This document shows, one piece after another, positions 12,101 to 25,284 of a DNA stretch of 64,000 bases. Position 1 is the first letter of the stretch. Each line of letters starts with the position of its first letter. The stretch covers positions 4,108 through 68,107 of the forward strand of contig MCFE01000483.1 of assembly GCA_002104905.1 (NCBI GenBank), written 5' to 3'. The notes beneath the pieces were generated by a model. It ran no database searches. It saw only the letters and a list, made by a program, of their open reading frames with translations, and was not told the origin of the DNA. Origin of the DNA: Basidiobolus meristosporus CBS 931.73. Lineage: Eukaryota; Fungi; Basidiobolomycota. A program made the position numbers and the translations under genes.

Positions 12101-14062
12101 CAACGCCCGCATCTAAGATAGGCTCAACTGGTCAAATAACCATTTAGCCTCTCACATATAAAGCGTGGGGTAACCCAGCTTGTCCACTAATATTGACTAC
12201 AGGCAATGCCAGGCTGATGATGAATGCTCGCAAAACCAAACATATGTCTGCTTACAAGCGTTTGTAGCTGGATCCTTCGCTTTGTACCACAACGAGCTCT
12301 GTAAGGAATGCTTAGTTATTTCGCTCAAGCTAGCCTCGTCACACATACTTCATAGTGCAAAGCTGATCCACGACTGCTGGTCTTGCCCTGAGGTACATTA
12401 AGCAGTTTGATGACTGATGTCCTATCAAATCTCTGAGTTCGATGGGTGTCAGTATCATCGGAAATCATTCTGTAAATGAGGGAGAATGCAGGGTCATCGA
12501 TTTGACTCCATTGCCATCAAGTATCTATGAATTTCCTGCTCCCTGATACAAAATGAAATCATACAACAATCATTCGTTTAAAGATCAAAATGATCCGATG
12601 AAGATGTACCGCACATGGTGGCTGTTCTTGATGTACATCTTGATTTATGCTAATATAACCAGATGAAGTAAAGCTGATGTGGAAGATTGATTAAAAGATA
12701 CTGTTGTTCGATCCGGAATCTCCCTACTGCTATGTTTACCTTTTCCCTCAGCCAACTTGGGGTAATCATATGGGTGCCCACAGCAAGTTTACCCAGTATA
12801 TAGTACAATAAATACTCATCGCTTACAATGGCACAAGATATAGATAATCCATGGTTAAGTAATCTGGTACCATCAAGTCCAACTGAAATATCTCAGATGT
12901 ATCATCCCACCGAGCTGACAGGTTACTTTCAAACGAGTTCAGCTAGATGCCAATGATAACAGACGGCCAGACGCCAGAAAGCTTCTAGTGCTTGCTTCTA
13001 GCCGAATTTTTTCAAACACGGGAGCGCTTCCTCTATCTGTCCTGAATGCAAGACCCTTGAAGAATGGCAACCTAATGGCTTCGATGGCTTCTTTATCTGG
13101 TTTGCTGCGGAAGACTCCGTACTGATACTAGATTTGAAATTTACGAGGCTGCTGGTTGGTAAGAGCTTGCAAAATATACTTGCAGAAAGCCAGTGTTTTG
13201 CTGGATGTTGTCAAGCCAATGAACTCCGTGTAATGTCTAATAAAAGAATTGTTTGCCGTAAACACACTTGTTTTATTCTTTGGAAGTGTAACCAGTACGA
13301 TGTTGTAAAGTTGCTCCGGATGTCGCAATGTAAACTGCAGTTTCAAATAAACTGCTCAAATTGAATACAGTAGTACAGTCGGACATGAGATGAGCAATTT
13401 GCAGAAACCATTGGTGGACTAGACTTTTTGGTAGAGATTGAACTCAACTGGTTTAACAAGCTAATGTGAGTTTATATTTGCCAGAACCTTGGATTATTAA
13501 TAAGATGCTCCTGCTGCTAGGTGCATGGTAGAATACCACCTGAGTATTAGAAAGAATTCAAATCTTGATATTCTCACCTCTATAGTCAACACTTGATAAT
13601 TCAACAAGCAACTAGTTATGAGGTATAATAACTTATAATTGCAAGAGAGGGGCCCATGTAAAAAGACGGAGATGTTTGTAAAAGTAGTAATGTGTGTGTT
13701 CGAGGATGTTGTCAAGGATAATATTCTTCAGTAACTTTCTGAACAAGTTTCCTCAATCAAAAGCTGCAAATATCAAACTTCAATCAATCCAAAGCTTTCC
13801 AATTATGACTATTGACATCTATATTAAAAAGCAAAATACACAACTAGCATTGGTGCTCAAGTGAATCAAGCTTGAGGTAGTAGACAAGCTTGTTGTAGCT
13901 GGGGTGGCAATACTGACAATCAATGCAACTTACTGTAGTGAACACACTCAGGTATACATTATTGCCACAGCAGTAGAGCAATGAGTGGACTAAAAAAACT
14001 GCATGTAATAATTTGCAACTGTTTTAAGAGTTCTGGACTTGAGGTTGAATTTACACCTGTAT

Positions 14063-14376
14063 TGTTTATAGTCATCAGGGCTTTGGAGATATTGGAAGTG
14101 TTTGGGAGAACAGATATATTCTTTGAATTTCACTTCAAGATTATTGAATGTGAAAATAGTATTTAGAACCTGACAATGCAGGTCCCAAAAACATGTATGC
14201 CAAGTCTGGGGACTCTTACACAACCTTGAGAGATCTTGTGCTCTGGTACTAAGTAGTTTGCTCCAAGTATCCTAATTAAGTCCCAACAAGAAAGTTGGGC
14301 AAAATACACAAAGGATAGTGGACTTTAATCTAATTGACCAAGTGAATATTTTGGCGTACTCACAGAATTGACAACA
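14063..14376 (-). mobile_element. Degenerate solo LTR (copia family), minus strand
   Basis: Reverse complement starts TGTTGTCAA and contains CACATTCAATAATC..GTTCTCCCAAACACTTCCAATATCTCCA, collinear with the family LTR. Confidence 0.65.
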
Positions 14377-14382
14377 GTATTT

Positions 14383-14727
14383 TGTTGTAAAAAGTTTGCA
14401 ATTACATCTAAATACTCACTTAGTCTCTCAGATCACTACCCGCAAATCTTAGAGAGCTCTGACTAAATTCCTTGTTGGTATTTACTGAGAATATTTTCAC
14501 CAAAATATCAGGTACCTTGAACACTAAATTTTGATAAGTGGTCTAAGCAGCCCCTAGCTTAGTACACATGCTCTTGCAACCTTCTTAAACACATTTTGTG
14601 TGTTTGTTTTGCCAAGGCCATGTAAAAGTATAAATACTGCTTCTACATTCAATAAATCATCAGGTGAAAATCACATAATCTACCTGTTCTCCCAATCACT
14701 TCAAATATCTCCAAAACTCTTACAACA
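14383..14727 (+). mobile_element. Solo LTR (copia family)
   Basis: TGTTG...CAACA termini, collinear with the family LTR; flanks TATTT / TATTC (5-bp TSD with one mismatch). Confidence 0.85.
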
Positions 14728-14909
14728 TATTCACCCCTGAGTTTTTCATTGCCCTGTAAAATATGACTGTAATGATCTTTACAAAACTGAAATCATGTGA
14801 CTGAGAGGTAGTGATGCAATTAGGACCAATATAAAAGCCATAAGGATTACACCTCAATAGTCTCTAAGTTGATTTTGATTTGCTCTATGCTGTTTCTCTC
14901 ACTTCCTGA

Positions 14910-15242
14910 TGTTGTAAAAAATTCGTATTTCCACCTAAATATTCACCTAACTTAGTCACTTAGATCATCACCTTCAAATCCTAGAGAATACTGACCAAAT
15001 CCCTTGTCGGGATTTACTTAGAATATTTACCCAGAACATGAAAATTAGATAAGTTGTCCAAACAGCCCCAAACTTTGCACACATGTTCTTGGGACCTTCC
15101 TTAACCTATTCTACGTGTTTGTAATGCCAAGACCAGGTAAAAGTATAAATACTACTTTTACATTCAATAAATCATTAAGTGAAAACCACATAATCTACTT
15201 GTTCTCCCAATCACTTCCAATATCTCCAAGACTCTTACAACA
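14910..15242 (+). mobile_element. Young solo LTR (copia family) with perfect TSD
   Basis: Near-identical to the LTR at 57245-57593 apart from a short internal deletion and a few substitutions. TGTTG...CAACA termini; CCTGA on both sides (14905-14909, 15243-15247). Confidence 0.95.
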
Positions 15243-15266
15243 CCTGATACTAGACACTCAATCTTC

Positions 15267-15612
15267 TGTTGTAATTTTTGTAATTACACCTAAATATTTG
15301 CCTAGCTTAGCCACTTAAATCACAGTCTACAAATCTTATAGAATCTAGCTCAAATTCCTTGTTGGGATTTACTTGGGATATTTTCACCAAAACATCAGCC
15401 ACCCAGAACATGAGAAATACCAAAGTTACTCAAACAGTCCCAAACTTTGCACACATGTTCTCAGGACCTTTTTAAGCATATTTTAAGTGTTTATTCTGCC
15501 AAGGCCATGTAAAGTACAGATACTACTTTTACATTCAGTGAATCATTAAGTGAAAACCAAATCATCTACCTGCTGTCCCAATCATGTCCTATATCTCCTA
15601 AATCCTTGATGT
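15267..15612 (+). mobile_element. Degenerate solo LTR (copia family)
   Basis: Starts TGTTGTAA; collinear internal blocks (AAATTCCTTGTTGGGATTTACTT, CCCAGAACATGA, ACTACTTTTACATTCA). Right end eroded, so approximate. Confidence 0.8.
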
Positions 15613-18600
15613 TCAAACTCAACCTAAAATCAAGAACTCCCAAAACAGTTAGAAATTACTTTGTGCTGCTTTTTTAATTCACCCATTGCTCTACTGCAAG
15701 GGCAACACTGTGCATTTGAGTGTCTTTACCATGATTCCTGCCCTGTGCATACAGTCCCTAACAATGTTGTGCTGGCTAACAACCAAAAAATCTGTATTTC
15801 AGTGGTGAGGTTTTATCTGAAGGCACAGCGGAGTCCATATATTTGCAAAGCTACTATACATCATTGTTCTCTCTAGCCCTGTTTTTTGAGGGATAAACGT
15901 TCTGCAATAACATTGAAAAACACAATGAGCAGTTGCTGCTTTCTGGAAGTATTTAGCCTTAATATTAAGCAAGTTTAATTGATCTAGTTCTTGACTTGTT
16001 TACGGAATAGTTGGTAGTGCGCATACCGCTTTGTTTTACGAAATGATCCAGAAATATGAAGCTAGCAATGAATATCACACTCTTTATGAGATAATTTAAC
16101 CAGTGGTCAGATATTATACTACCTATGAGTAATCAACAAGCCGAAAGTCCCACACTCCATATATACATATTCATTGAGCTACACATTCCGGTATTCATCT
16201 ACATAACGTAATGTAAATTCCCTTACAGATTGCCACAGAAAAATCACGCATTGTTATAAGCACTCTGGACAGCTACCTAGCACCCGACCCTACTCTCATA
16301 TTTTGCCATGTATCTGAACGCTATGCACATAAACATAGATGGAAGCTGTAGACCTCAGAGACTCTTGAGCATACTTGAGTGATGAGCAATGACCCGACTA
16401 GTATTAGCAGCGAAATGTATCCAACAAGTGAAACTGGGCATTTGTACATTTATGGAGTGCTGGGGGCATTCACAGGTTTCCATGCAGACATCCACGTGTC
16501 AAAGCCCTGTGGAGGCACCTACCGAATCAATCAACAAAGGGTTACGAAGTTATATAGAGTTAGGGCTTTTGAGTGACTTTGATTGTGCTGACACTGGTAT
16601 CTTCATTCTCAGGGAACGTTCCAAAAATTCTCGAGATTTTAGTTTTCACGAATCCCAATTGATGTGATGAAGTTCGTAATCAGTTACGAGGTGCTATCAA
16701 AGCTCGTTACGGTATTAAAGAGATCGCCAACTTCTGATCTTACTACGTCGAAAAATCCAGATGGCCGGGCTTGAATCCTGCCAAATAGACTACATAGCTG
16801 AAGCTAAATCAAAGGTATTCAAATCAAGGATACAGTGACAAGAGGTTTAGGCAACATGGATGGAGAACGCTGGTTGATGAGTAACCCCGATGCAATAGAT
16901 CAATATGTGATCGAATATCTGCAGTTGCTACATTTTGAGATCAAAAAATTCCCAACCCTAGCTCTCCAACAGAACCCATCATTGAGTCAACCCTATATCA
17001 CAACCCCAACCATGCTGGTGGTACAAATGTCGAGGAATTATGAGCCACAGGATGGAATACCAATTACCAAATGCGTCGAACGACGCAGATGCTGAAGATG
17101 GATATTCGAGTGGCCCGAAAGCCATCGAAACTCTTACAAACCGATTCTTTGGAGTCGTTTATAGGGTTTTTCGCTACTCAATCTATTACTCCTGTATATG
17201 TTGCTGGAGGTTCGTGTCACCAAAAACGGTGCTGTCTTCCAAAAACCGTCTACAGGTTAGGAAAAGCAAGGAGTAGGCCAGTAGCCCACTTTTAGCATAA
17301 TGGCATTGACTAGCGACACTATGTTGTATACTATTAATGCAAACGCATGGAACTGACGAAAATGTGACATGGTTATGATATGCTCAGTCCACCATACCAT
17401 GATGTAGGTATGCAACAACACTGAACAGCCTCAGAAGGCTTCATGTTTCTATCCAACTTACTTGTTGAGGGTGTGCTTGAAATAGATTGGTGTCACCGCG
17501 TAGAAAAATGGCTTTGATGCGTCTGCATTTGATTGCTTCCATGGTCTGGCTCTATGTAAGGATCTACTTCACGCACTAGCAGCCACAAGAAGCGGATATT
17601 TAATAGTTGATTGGATCTGTTCAGCGTGAAATCGCCGGCTGCATGAATGACATCATCGAGGACCAAAGGCGGTTTGGTAAGACGACAAGTACTAGAGGAG
17701 AGTGGCTCCAGGTACCTAGAATAAAAATATGGATTATGGCCATTCTTGTCCTCCAAATTATAGCTCAGTGGCAACGACAAGGCGGTGGCACATGCATTGA
17801 GGTGGTTCCCTCATCTCCCCAAGCACGGGTGATCAGTGTCCAATGTATATAGTCTGTGAACAGTAAGTCATGTGGTGCAAGTACTGACGGCAGCTTCATA
17901 GATATAAGTTCGCATGATGGAAAGTAGCCAGTAGAGGAATAATCAGGCTATGAAAAGACTGGGAATGTCGGCTGATGGTGTACACATATAGATATATACA
18001 TCCATTCTATGGTGGATGCTACCTCCCTAGTAGATTTAGTCAGCTTGGAAGATCTCAGGCAAATAAAAAGGTATACTTATGTAAATTCTGATTCAGGTGG
18101 CCCTCGTGAGTGTTACAATGTGTAAAATTAGGAAAAGGGGAATCAGCCGTGCTTGCATTCATATGATCCTGACAGGATGGTTTGTTTGTTACTGAGAAGG
18201 TTTCATCTCAACGCTTACTCTATGGAGTACTAGTCCAATGCATTGTAGAGCATGTGGCAAATGAAAGCTGCAACTCGTCAATATCTACAGCCTCCAGTGC
18301 TGAGAAGAGCCCACACCAGGCCATTTCAGCCAGTCTACTTTGCGAAGCAGTCTAACATGCCGTCAGTGGTACCCTCTTCTGCTTTGTGAAGGCTGTCTTC
18401 ATGTATGCCCTCTATGGTGGTTGGTGAATGGTTTAGCCGTGAGATATATCATTCGCATAGCAACCTGTGTAGTCCAGAACCATTATTGAAATGCTGTAGA
18501 ACTCGAGCAATTTAGAAGAGATATATATATGTAGTTTCAGTTTGATCAAGGGCCCAGCCATATATTAAGTCTTGGGAGTGGTGCAATGTGTTGGACTAAT

Positions 18601-19671
18601 AAATGTAGTGAAAATTTATAGACCATATACTTAAAATGGTTATGGGTAATTTGGGTCCCAGCCCCATCCATGGCCAGGATCGCGCCGATTGTTTGGTAGT
18701 CGTTGCCATAGAATGGAATTGAATCGGATATGTAACAGCAGAGCTTAGCAGAACCCAATGTGACTGTTGCCACGGACAACACCCAAAGCCCAACTCTACC
18801 TTATCGCTCGTCCGCACCATCACTGAACACACACCCCTGTCCATGCAACCATTCCTTATCACCTCGCCATTAATAGCACGCCATTGCTATTGGTTCATGC
18901 TCTTCAGAGAGTCGCTTGTATTTATCCTGTATAACCTAGATACTAGGAGCGCCTTTTCAAGTATGTTGTGGAATGAATCAAGTGGGAGACTTAAATTACA
19001 GTTCATGACATCGGTCTCCTTGAAATTTCGACCACAAACATGCTGCAAGTTGCACAATGGATTGCTTAAGATGGGCAAGCAGAAATTAAGTGTCACTTGG
19101 AATGAATTTCCCAATAGACCGTTGTTCACTATATATAAATTCATGCCCATATCCGGCCCTCCCTACCTAATATGTACAGTGTCTTAATGACCTCCTCGAA
19201 TTCTCAAACAGTGAGTGGATGGAAATTACTTGGATACCATTATTAACATGGCCTATTGGGAGTTGCGCTGGCAGGTGCTGGCAGAGCAAATGACTAGAGG
19301 CTTCAGGATATTGTATTTCGGTGGAATGCGGTGCAATATCAGCTCCTCTTCCCCTCGCAAACAATCGAATTTGGCATATTTTCCAAGGATGGCTCAAGAT
19401 CAAGATGAAAATTGCTCCCAAACAAATTGTAACACAAGATTCATGCCGGTTTTCTAGGTTACCAGCTCCTCAATGGATAAAGCGAAAACATATAAATCCT
19501 ACCGATTTTCGTTCTCAAAACTTGTTAAAGAACTGCACAAGACATATTTCGGTAGGTAAGGTTCGCTTTCTCAGCCCTAGCCCGTCTCAATCTTCAATCC
19601 TTCCAACCTCTCCTTCTTAAGCTCTGAGTCTTTGAGAGACCTTAGCGCCGCCTTTACTTTCTACGTTTAAT

Positions 19672-22089
19672 ATGAGCAATTACCCGCAGCAGCCTTACTC
19701 GGATCATCCGTTGGCCTATGATGGCAGTGCCAATCATCCAGAGGACCCGTTTCAAGACCCACCCAACGCCAAACATCTAGAGGAGCTCTACAATGCGAAC
19801 ATTGCCCCCCCTCCTGGGTCTCGAAGATATAGACAGTACATAGAGGATCGTCGTAAAAGTCTTCGTCATATCGAACTAACGTCGGGCAACTTGGTCATAG
19901 AGTGTCCAATTGCCGACAAGATTTTAGAGGGCGCCCCCAACCGAGGCGAAGAGTTCGATACGATGCGGTACACGGCGGCTACCTGTGACCCAAATGACTT
20001 TCTTCTAAATAGATACACGTTACGCCAAGCAATCTACGGTCGCACAACCGAGCTGTTCATTGTCATGACCATGTACAACGAAGACGAGCAGCTGTTTGTC
20101 AAGACGTTCACCGGTGTCATTAAAAACATTCGTCATCTCTGCAACCGCTCCAAATCCAAGGTGTGGGGGAATGAGGGATGGAAGAAGTGTGTCGTCTGTG
20201 TGGTTGCCGATGGCCGCACCAAAGTCCACCCTCGAGTTCTCAAGGTCTTGGGTGCCATGGGCGCCTATCAAGAAGGGATAGCGCAGAGCTCGGTGAACGG
20301 GAAGAACGTCACTGCCCACATCTACGAGTACACCACTCAACTCTACATCGATGGCGATATGAAGGTGCATTCGATTACAGAGCAGGACTTTGTCCCGATT
20401 CAAATCGTCTTCTGTCTGAAAGAGAAGAATGCCAAGAAACTAAACTCGCATCGCTGGTTTTTCAATGCGTTTGCTCCGCTTCTCAATCCGAATGTATGTA
20501 TCCTACTGGATGTGGGTACTCGTCCAAGTGGAACTTCAATCTACCATCTATGGAAAGCCTTTGACCGCAACCCTAACGTTGGCGGTGCTTGTGGTGAGAT
20601 CTGCGTCGAATTGGGGTCTGGCTGCTCCAATCTCTGGAACCCCTTGGTTGCGGCACAAAACTTCGAATACAAAATGAGCAACATCCTGGATAAGCCGCTG
20701 GAAAGTGTTTTCGGATACATCAGTGTCCTACCTGGTGCTTTCTCTGCCTACCGTTACGCGGCGTTAAAGAACACCTCTCCAGGGGTGGGGCCGCTTGCCT
20801 CGTACTTCAAGGGTGAGTCTATGCATGGAGCCGATGCCACTGGTGGCATCTTTGAAGCCAACATGTATCTTGCTGAGGATCGTATTTTGTGCTTCGAGCT
20901 GTGTGCCAAGAAGAACTGCAAATGGGTCCTGAAATACGTGAAGTCGGCCAAGGCTGAAACAGATGTACCGGATAATTGGCCAGAATTCATTTCACAAAGA
21001 CGTCGCTGGCTAAATGGCTCGCTGTTCGCTGCCTTCTTTGCCACGGCCCACTGGTTTCAAATCTGGAGAACAAATCATGGCATCTTCCGAAAGGCGCTGT
21101 TCATGGTTCAATTTATCTACAACGTGATCAATCTATTCTTCTCCTGGTTTGCTCTTGGTAACTTCTACCTCACGTTCTACTTCATGGGCCAAGAGAGCGT
21201 CAATGCGCAAAACAATGGCGAGCCGGATCCCTTCTTCGACCAGTCCAAATACGTGTACTCGATTGTGCGCGAGATTTTCCTTCTGGGCATCATTGTTCAA
21301 TTCGTCCTCTCGCTGGGAAATCGTCCACAGGGCTCGAAGATCATCTACCTCTTGTGCGTGTATTTGTTCGCCTTCGTGATGGCTATCATGCTATACACTA
21401 TTGGCTTCAATCTGACCATCTACTTCTCCGACCCCAACGTGTACAACAATTTGATGAAGCACCCGTTTACCAAAGAGACCGTGAATATCTTTATCGCCGT
21501 TGCTTCTACCTATGGACTGTACTTCGTCTCATCGTTCCTATACTTTGAACCATGGCATATGTTCACTTCCTTCATTCAGTACATGTTCATCTTCCCATCC
21601 TATGTATGCATTCTCATGGTTTATGCGTTCTGTAACACCCACGATGTCTCCTGGGGAACCAAGGGTGATAACAACGCATCAGCCAATCTCGGCAATGTAA
21701 CGTCGCTTACCAACAAGCAGGGAGTTGAGGTGGCCACTGTGGAGGTTCCTACTGAGAAACAGGATGTCAATGCCTTGTATTCCGAACTGCTCTCTGATCT
21801 TCAGGTCAAGCCAGAGCCGGAGAAACAACAAACGGATGCCGCAACCAAGCGTGAGGATTATTATCGTCTCTTCCGTACACGTACGGTGCTCGCTTGGATG
21901 TTTAGCAATGTCGTGTTGATTCTTGCTTTCCAATCGGATACGGTCAACGGTTGGATCAAGAGGCTAGCAGGTGACTACGTTAGCAGCCGGCCATACCTTG
22001 ATTTCATATTCTGGTCCATGGCTGCTATGTCAGCTTTCAAATTCATTGGATGCCTCACATATTTGTACCTGAGGATTATGTTTGGCTAA
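19672..22089 (+). CDS. CHS: Chitin synthase, division 1 (class I/II), 805 aa, intronless
   Basis: [68 protein letters not shown], multi-TM C-terminus, HDVSWGTKG. Confidence 0.97.
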   Translation: MSNYPQQPYSDHPLAYDGSANHPEDPFQDPPNAKHLEELYNANIAPPPGSRRYRQYIEDRRKSLRHIELTSGNLVIECPIADKILEGAPNRGEEFDTMRYTAATCDPNDFLLNRYTLRQAIYGRTTELFIVMTMYNEDEQLFVKTFTGVIKNIRHLCNRSKSKVWGNEGWKKCVVCVVADGRTKVHPRVLKVLGAMGAYQEGIAQSSVNGKNVTAHIYEYTTQLYIDGDMKVHSITEQDFVPIQIVFCLKEKNAKKLNSHRWFFNAFAPLLNPNVCILLDVGTRPSGTSIYHLWKAFDRNPNVGGACGEICVELGSGCSNLWNPLVAAQNFEYKMSNILDKPLESVFGYISVLPGAFSAYRYAALKNTSPGVGPLASYFKGESMHGADATGGIFEANMYLAEDRILCFELCAKKNCKWVLKYVKSAKAETDVPDNWPEFISQRRRWLNGSLFAAFFATAHWFQIWRTNHGIFRKALFMVQFIYNVINLFFSWFALGNFYLTFYFMGQESVNAQNNGEPDPFFDQSKYVYSIVREIFLLGIIVQFVLSLGNRPQGSKIIYLLCVYLFAFVMAIMLYTIGFNLTIYFSDPNVYNNLMKHPFTKETVNIFIAVASTYGLYFVSSFLYFEPWHMFTSFIQYMFIFPSYVCILMVYAFCNTHDVSWGTKGDNNASANLGNVTSLTNKQGVEVATVEVPTEKQDVNALYSELLSDLQVKPEPEKQQTDAATKREDYYRLFRTRTVLAWMFSNVVLILAFQSDTVNGWIKRLAGDYVSSRPYLDFIFWSMAAMSAFKFIGCLTYLYLRIMFG

Positions 22090-22702
22090 GGTTGAGCATG
22101 CCTTGTTAATATATACCTCTTACCAGTAGCTTGATGTTATGATTCGGACCAGATACATCAAGGCATTACCGTCTCCCCATCAATCCACTCATCCTGCACC
22201 TCATATCCAACATTCTTCCACAATAACTTACGCATGGATTATATTTATTGGATTTCTGCTTAGCATATCAAAGATCTACAAAGCATCTGTAATATTATCC
22301 CTTTGTCGGGAGGAAGTGATTGGTTGTACTGATACCTCGAATAAATCTGCTCTTTTCTCTTGAGCCTGGCCCGACAAAAGCGAGCGCAATGAAAAGCTAC
22401 GGAGAGTGCAAACGAGGTGAAGTCGGATTAGCTCGCACCACCTCAATGCACCATCCAATTGGCTCGGGGGAAGATAGGCTGGTCAAGCGCTCAGGGGATT
22501 ATTCTGATTCCATGATTTGGCGGTTCGGATCCACTCAGGGTCATGAGAACACCCAAGTAATACAGCTTAGTAGAAAAATTCATTCCATGTGAAGGCCACG
22601 TAAATGTTCAAGTCCAGTGTATATGGTCGCATGCCATATAAAGTGACTTTGATTATTTTTCAGTAACCACCGTTCCTTAAGGCAGGTGGTTTACTCTCCA
22701 AA

Positions 22703-23578
22703 ATGGAGCACACTTCCATACCCAATTTAGCCTGTTATTTTGCTCGACATGGAGAGCGTATAGACCATATAGATAGCGCCTGGGCCGAAACGTCGAGTAC
22801 TCCTTTTGACCCGCCCCTAAGTAACGAGGGGTTTGTTCAAGCGAAAGCGACAGGGATACATATCGCAGACATAGAATACCGTTTGTCCAGAGAAGCCTCG
22901 TGCGAAGACCAACCTGTGACAATGCAATTCATCACTTCTCCATTCAAACGTTGTGTGCAGACTGCTCTCAGTATAGGCGCCGGCTTAATCCAACGTAACA
23001 AGGAGCTGCTATCCCAAGGGAAAATCTCAAGTCTGCCAGTTGTCGACCACCTGCTAAATATCGAACCAGGGATTGGAGAGTGGATGTCGGAGGACTATGC
23101 ATTTATTCAGCAGGCTACATCAGCAATTGTCACTTCTAGGCAAACTGAGCTGCAGCGGGGCGTGTATACTGTAACGGGTCAGGAGAAGCCAGAGGCAATC
23201 CCGTTTGTGATCAACTGGGACTACAAACCGGCCAGAAGTGAACTCGCTGCTTTCCCGGAAACGTTTGGGAAAATGTGTAAGAGAATACAAGGAACTTTTG
23301 AAAGTATCGTGTCGAACGTCGTGGGGGACACCGATCGTACCAACGCTTCCGTATCAATGGAGGGCCGGCCACGCACCATCTTGATATTTATCACCCACGG
23401 GGCAGTCATCAAGCCGTTGCTCTATTATACAGTACACCAATATGCCTTACCCAACATACATTACTGTTGTTTATCCAGAGTTCATGTCGATGATGTTGTG
23501 GACTCCGAAACCGCTGATTCGTTGGCCAAATCTTTATCCTGGAGAGCGGATCTACTCGTCACGACCTCACACCTTTGA
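22703..23578 (+). CDS. Histidine phosphatase / phosphoglycerate-mutase-like protein, 291 aa
   Basis: FARHGERID (RHG), DPPLS..G..QA, TSPFKRCVQTA, EPGIGEW, FITHG. Confidence 0.88.
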   Translation: MEHTSIPNLACYFARHGERIDHIDSAWAETSSTPFDPPLSNEGFVQAKATGIHIADIEYRLSREASCEDQPVTMQFITSPFKRCVQTALSIGAGLIQRNKELLSQGKISSLPVVDHLLNIEPGIGEWMSEDYAFIQQATSAIVTSRQTELQRGVYTVTGQEKPEAIPFVINWDYKPARSELAAFPETFGKMCKRIQGTFESIVSNVVGDTDRTNASVSMEGRPRTILIFITHGAVIKPLLYYTVHQYALPNIHYCCLSRVHVDDVVDSETADSLAKSLSWRADLLVTTSHL

Positions 23579-24480
23579 ATTCTGGTACGCTGTGCCCCCT
23601 CTTCGCTTACCGAAGGGATAAATATAGATACCTAAACCTATACTAGTTGTATTGTTCTTGATTATCATTCGGATCATGTCGCTCATAGATTCCAAACCTC
23701 TCCGACGGGAGGGAGGCTTGTCCTTCGATGCTCTATTACCTGCCAAGTGGATGATTGAATGCCATGTCGAGGTACCAGTAACCCTTTTACATAAGGAAGA
23801 TGGAATAAAGACATTACTATTGCTGAACACAAACCATGGTATGTAGACCAAATCATTGGAATTGCCGGATCCTGATTTTTGTTCCCCAATTCCCACCGCC
23901 ATTGCAGCGAGTCTTCGCTCATGAAAGCTACACCAAACATCCAGCAAGTAAACCATTCCGTGTCGGAATAGTCATCTCTACTAGATTGTACGAAAGGTTT
24001 CGGAATTGTTAAGTGCACTGGTTTTATGTTGGTCAGTCAATCCCTAACTGGTGAGGTGACTCTTTGTGATACCACGTGTGAGCGCCCTAGAGCCCATCGG
24101 TATATTGCGAACCCATAAAGGAGGATTCCCTCACTCAAGTAACATCCATCACTGCATGCAGAGAATCATACATCAAGTTGGACTGTTATTTAATTAGCGG
24201 ATATACAAACGTTGCGTGTTTAACATAGAACTCTCGCGAAAAAGATCTCAGCAAATGGATGTACATACAACATGTGCAATGAAATCTTCATATATTAAGG
24301 AGTGGGCCGGCACCACCATAAAATGCAACGGACATCGCCGTGTCAATCAGGGATTGAACAGAGCGCAGCATAAAGCGTTCTAAGGGAAGAAAAGGTTGAC
24401 AAAACACATATTACACAGGTACAAAAGCAACGAAATCAAAGTATTATATAATCTCCTTGCATTAAGTGGTTATGGAGCAC

Positions 24481-25284
24481 CTAGAGCGGGAGGACCCCTC
24501 GAAACGACTCGGCCCTTCTTACGGTCATTGTGAAGTTCTGCCTGGCAAATTCAATCTCTTGTTCATATACAGAGTCATACTTGCTGGCTTTCCAAGTGTT
24601 CATCTTCAGCCCATGGATCTGAATCCGAACCGAACGAATTCTGCCGCCATAGCTGGAGTTCCTGGTGGCCATTTTGTTCTTGCCAGAGATCGAGACATAA
24701 TCATTACATTCGTGGTGCGGCTTCTTCCCATGATCCCTGGCGATAAAGTGGTAGGCCTCGTTGAGAAGCTCCGCATTCCAAAACTCGTATTCTTCGGTGG
24801 AGACGTGAAGATGATACTTGATACAACCGAGAAATTCCAGCTCTAGATCATTCACCTGGGACAGTTCTAAATTAGTGTAACGAGCCCAATCCATATTCAG
24901 TGGGCTTTTTTCTTGATGATATTTGGAGGCAGCTATCAAGGCTCCGATGAAGGTGTTTCTGGCAAAATATAACCGATCGTCGTGGTTGCAATTCATCAGG
25001 GCCAAGTGCGAGTCGAATTCATGAACATCTATCTCCTCAAACAGTGGGGAAGTCAAAGCCAGCTCTTCTAAACAGTATCCGCCGTAGGGATCATAATATT
25101 GACCTAGCATATTGCTTTGGATTGTTCCACGTAATTTATACAGATAATACAGCGAGAGCACGACGGTGGATGGATATACTTGCGAGGCCTTCACTGTCTC
25201 TCGAATGAAGCTACGGAATACCAGACGTTTCGTGCGTGATATTGAGCTCAACGGGTGCCATATGTTTTCAATCACATACTCCAC
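24481..25284 (-). CDS. Pho80/Pcl-family cyclin (Pcl5/Clg1-like), 267 aa
   Basis: FIRETVKASQVYPSTVVLSLYYLYKL ... TFIGALIAASKYHQE...NMDWARYTNL....VNDLELEFLGCIKYHLHVS.EEY..W. Confidence 0.82.
   Translation of the reverse strand: MEYVIENIWHPLSSISRTKRLVFRSFIRETVKASQVYPSTVVLSLYYLYKLRGTIQSNMLGQYYDPYGGYCLEELALTSPLFEEIDVHEFDSHLALMNCNHDDRLYFARNTFIGALIAASKYHQEKSPLNMDWARYTNLELSQVNDLELEFLGCIKYHLHVSTEEYEFWNAELLNEAYHFIARDHGKKPHHECNDYVSISGKNKMATRNSSYGGRIRSVRIQIHGLKMNTWKASKYDSVYEQEIEFARQNFTMTVRRAESFRGVLPL

Noticed and set aside
16379-17852. Cluster of short ORFs, one with HLYIYGVLGAFTGFHADIH resembling a JmjC HxD motif
   Set aside because: Downstream JmjC elements (KxW, distal His) are absent; likely chance.
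20020-21933. Many alternative-frame and antisense ORFs inside chitin synthase
   Set aside because: Shadow ORFs of a long codon-biased CDS; no motifs.
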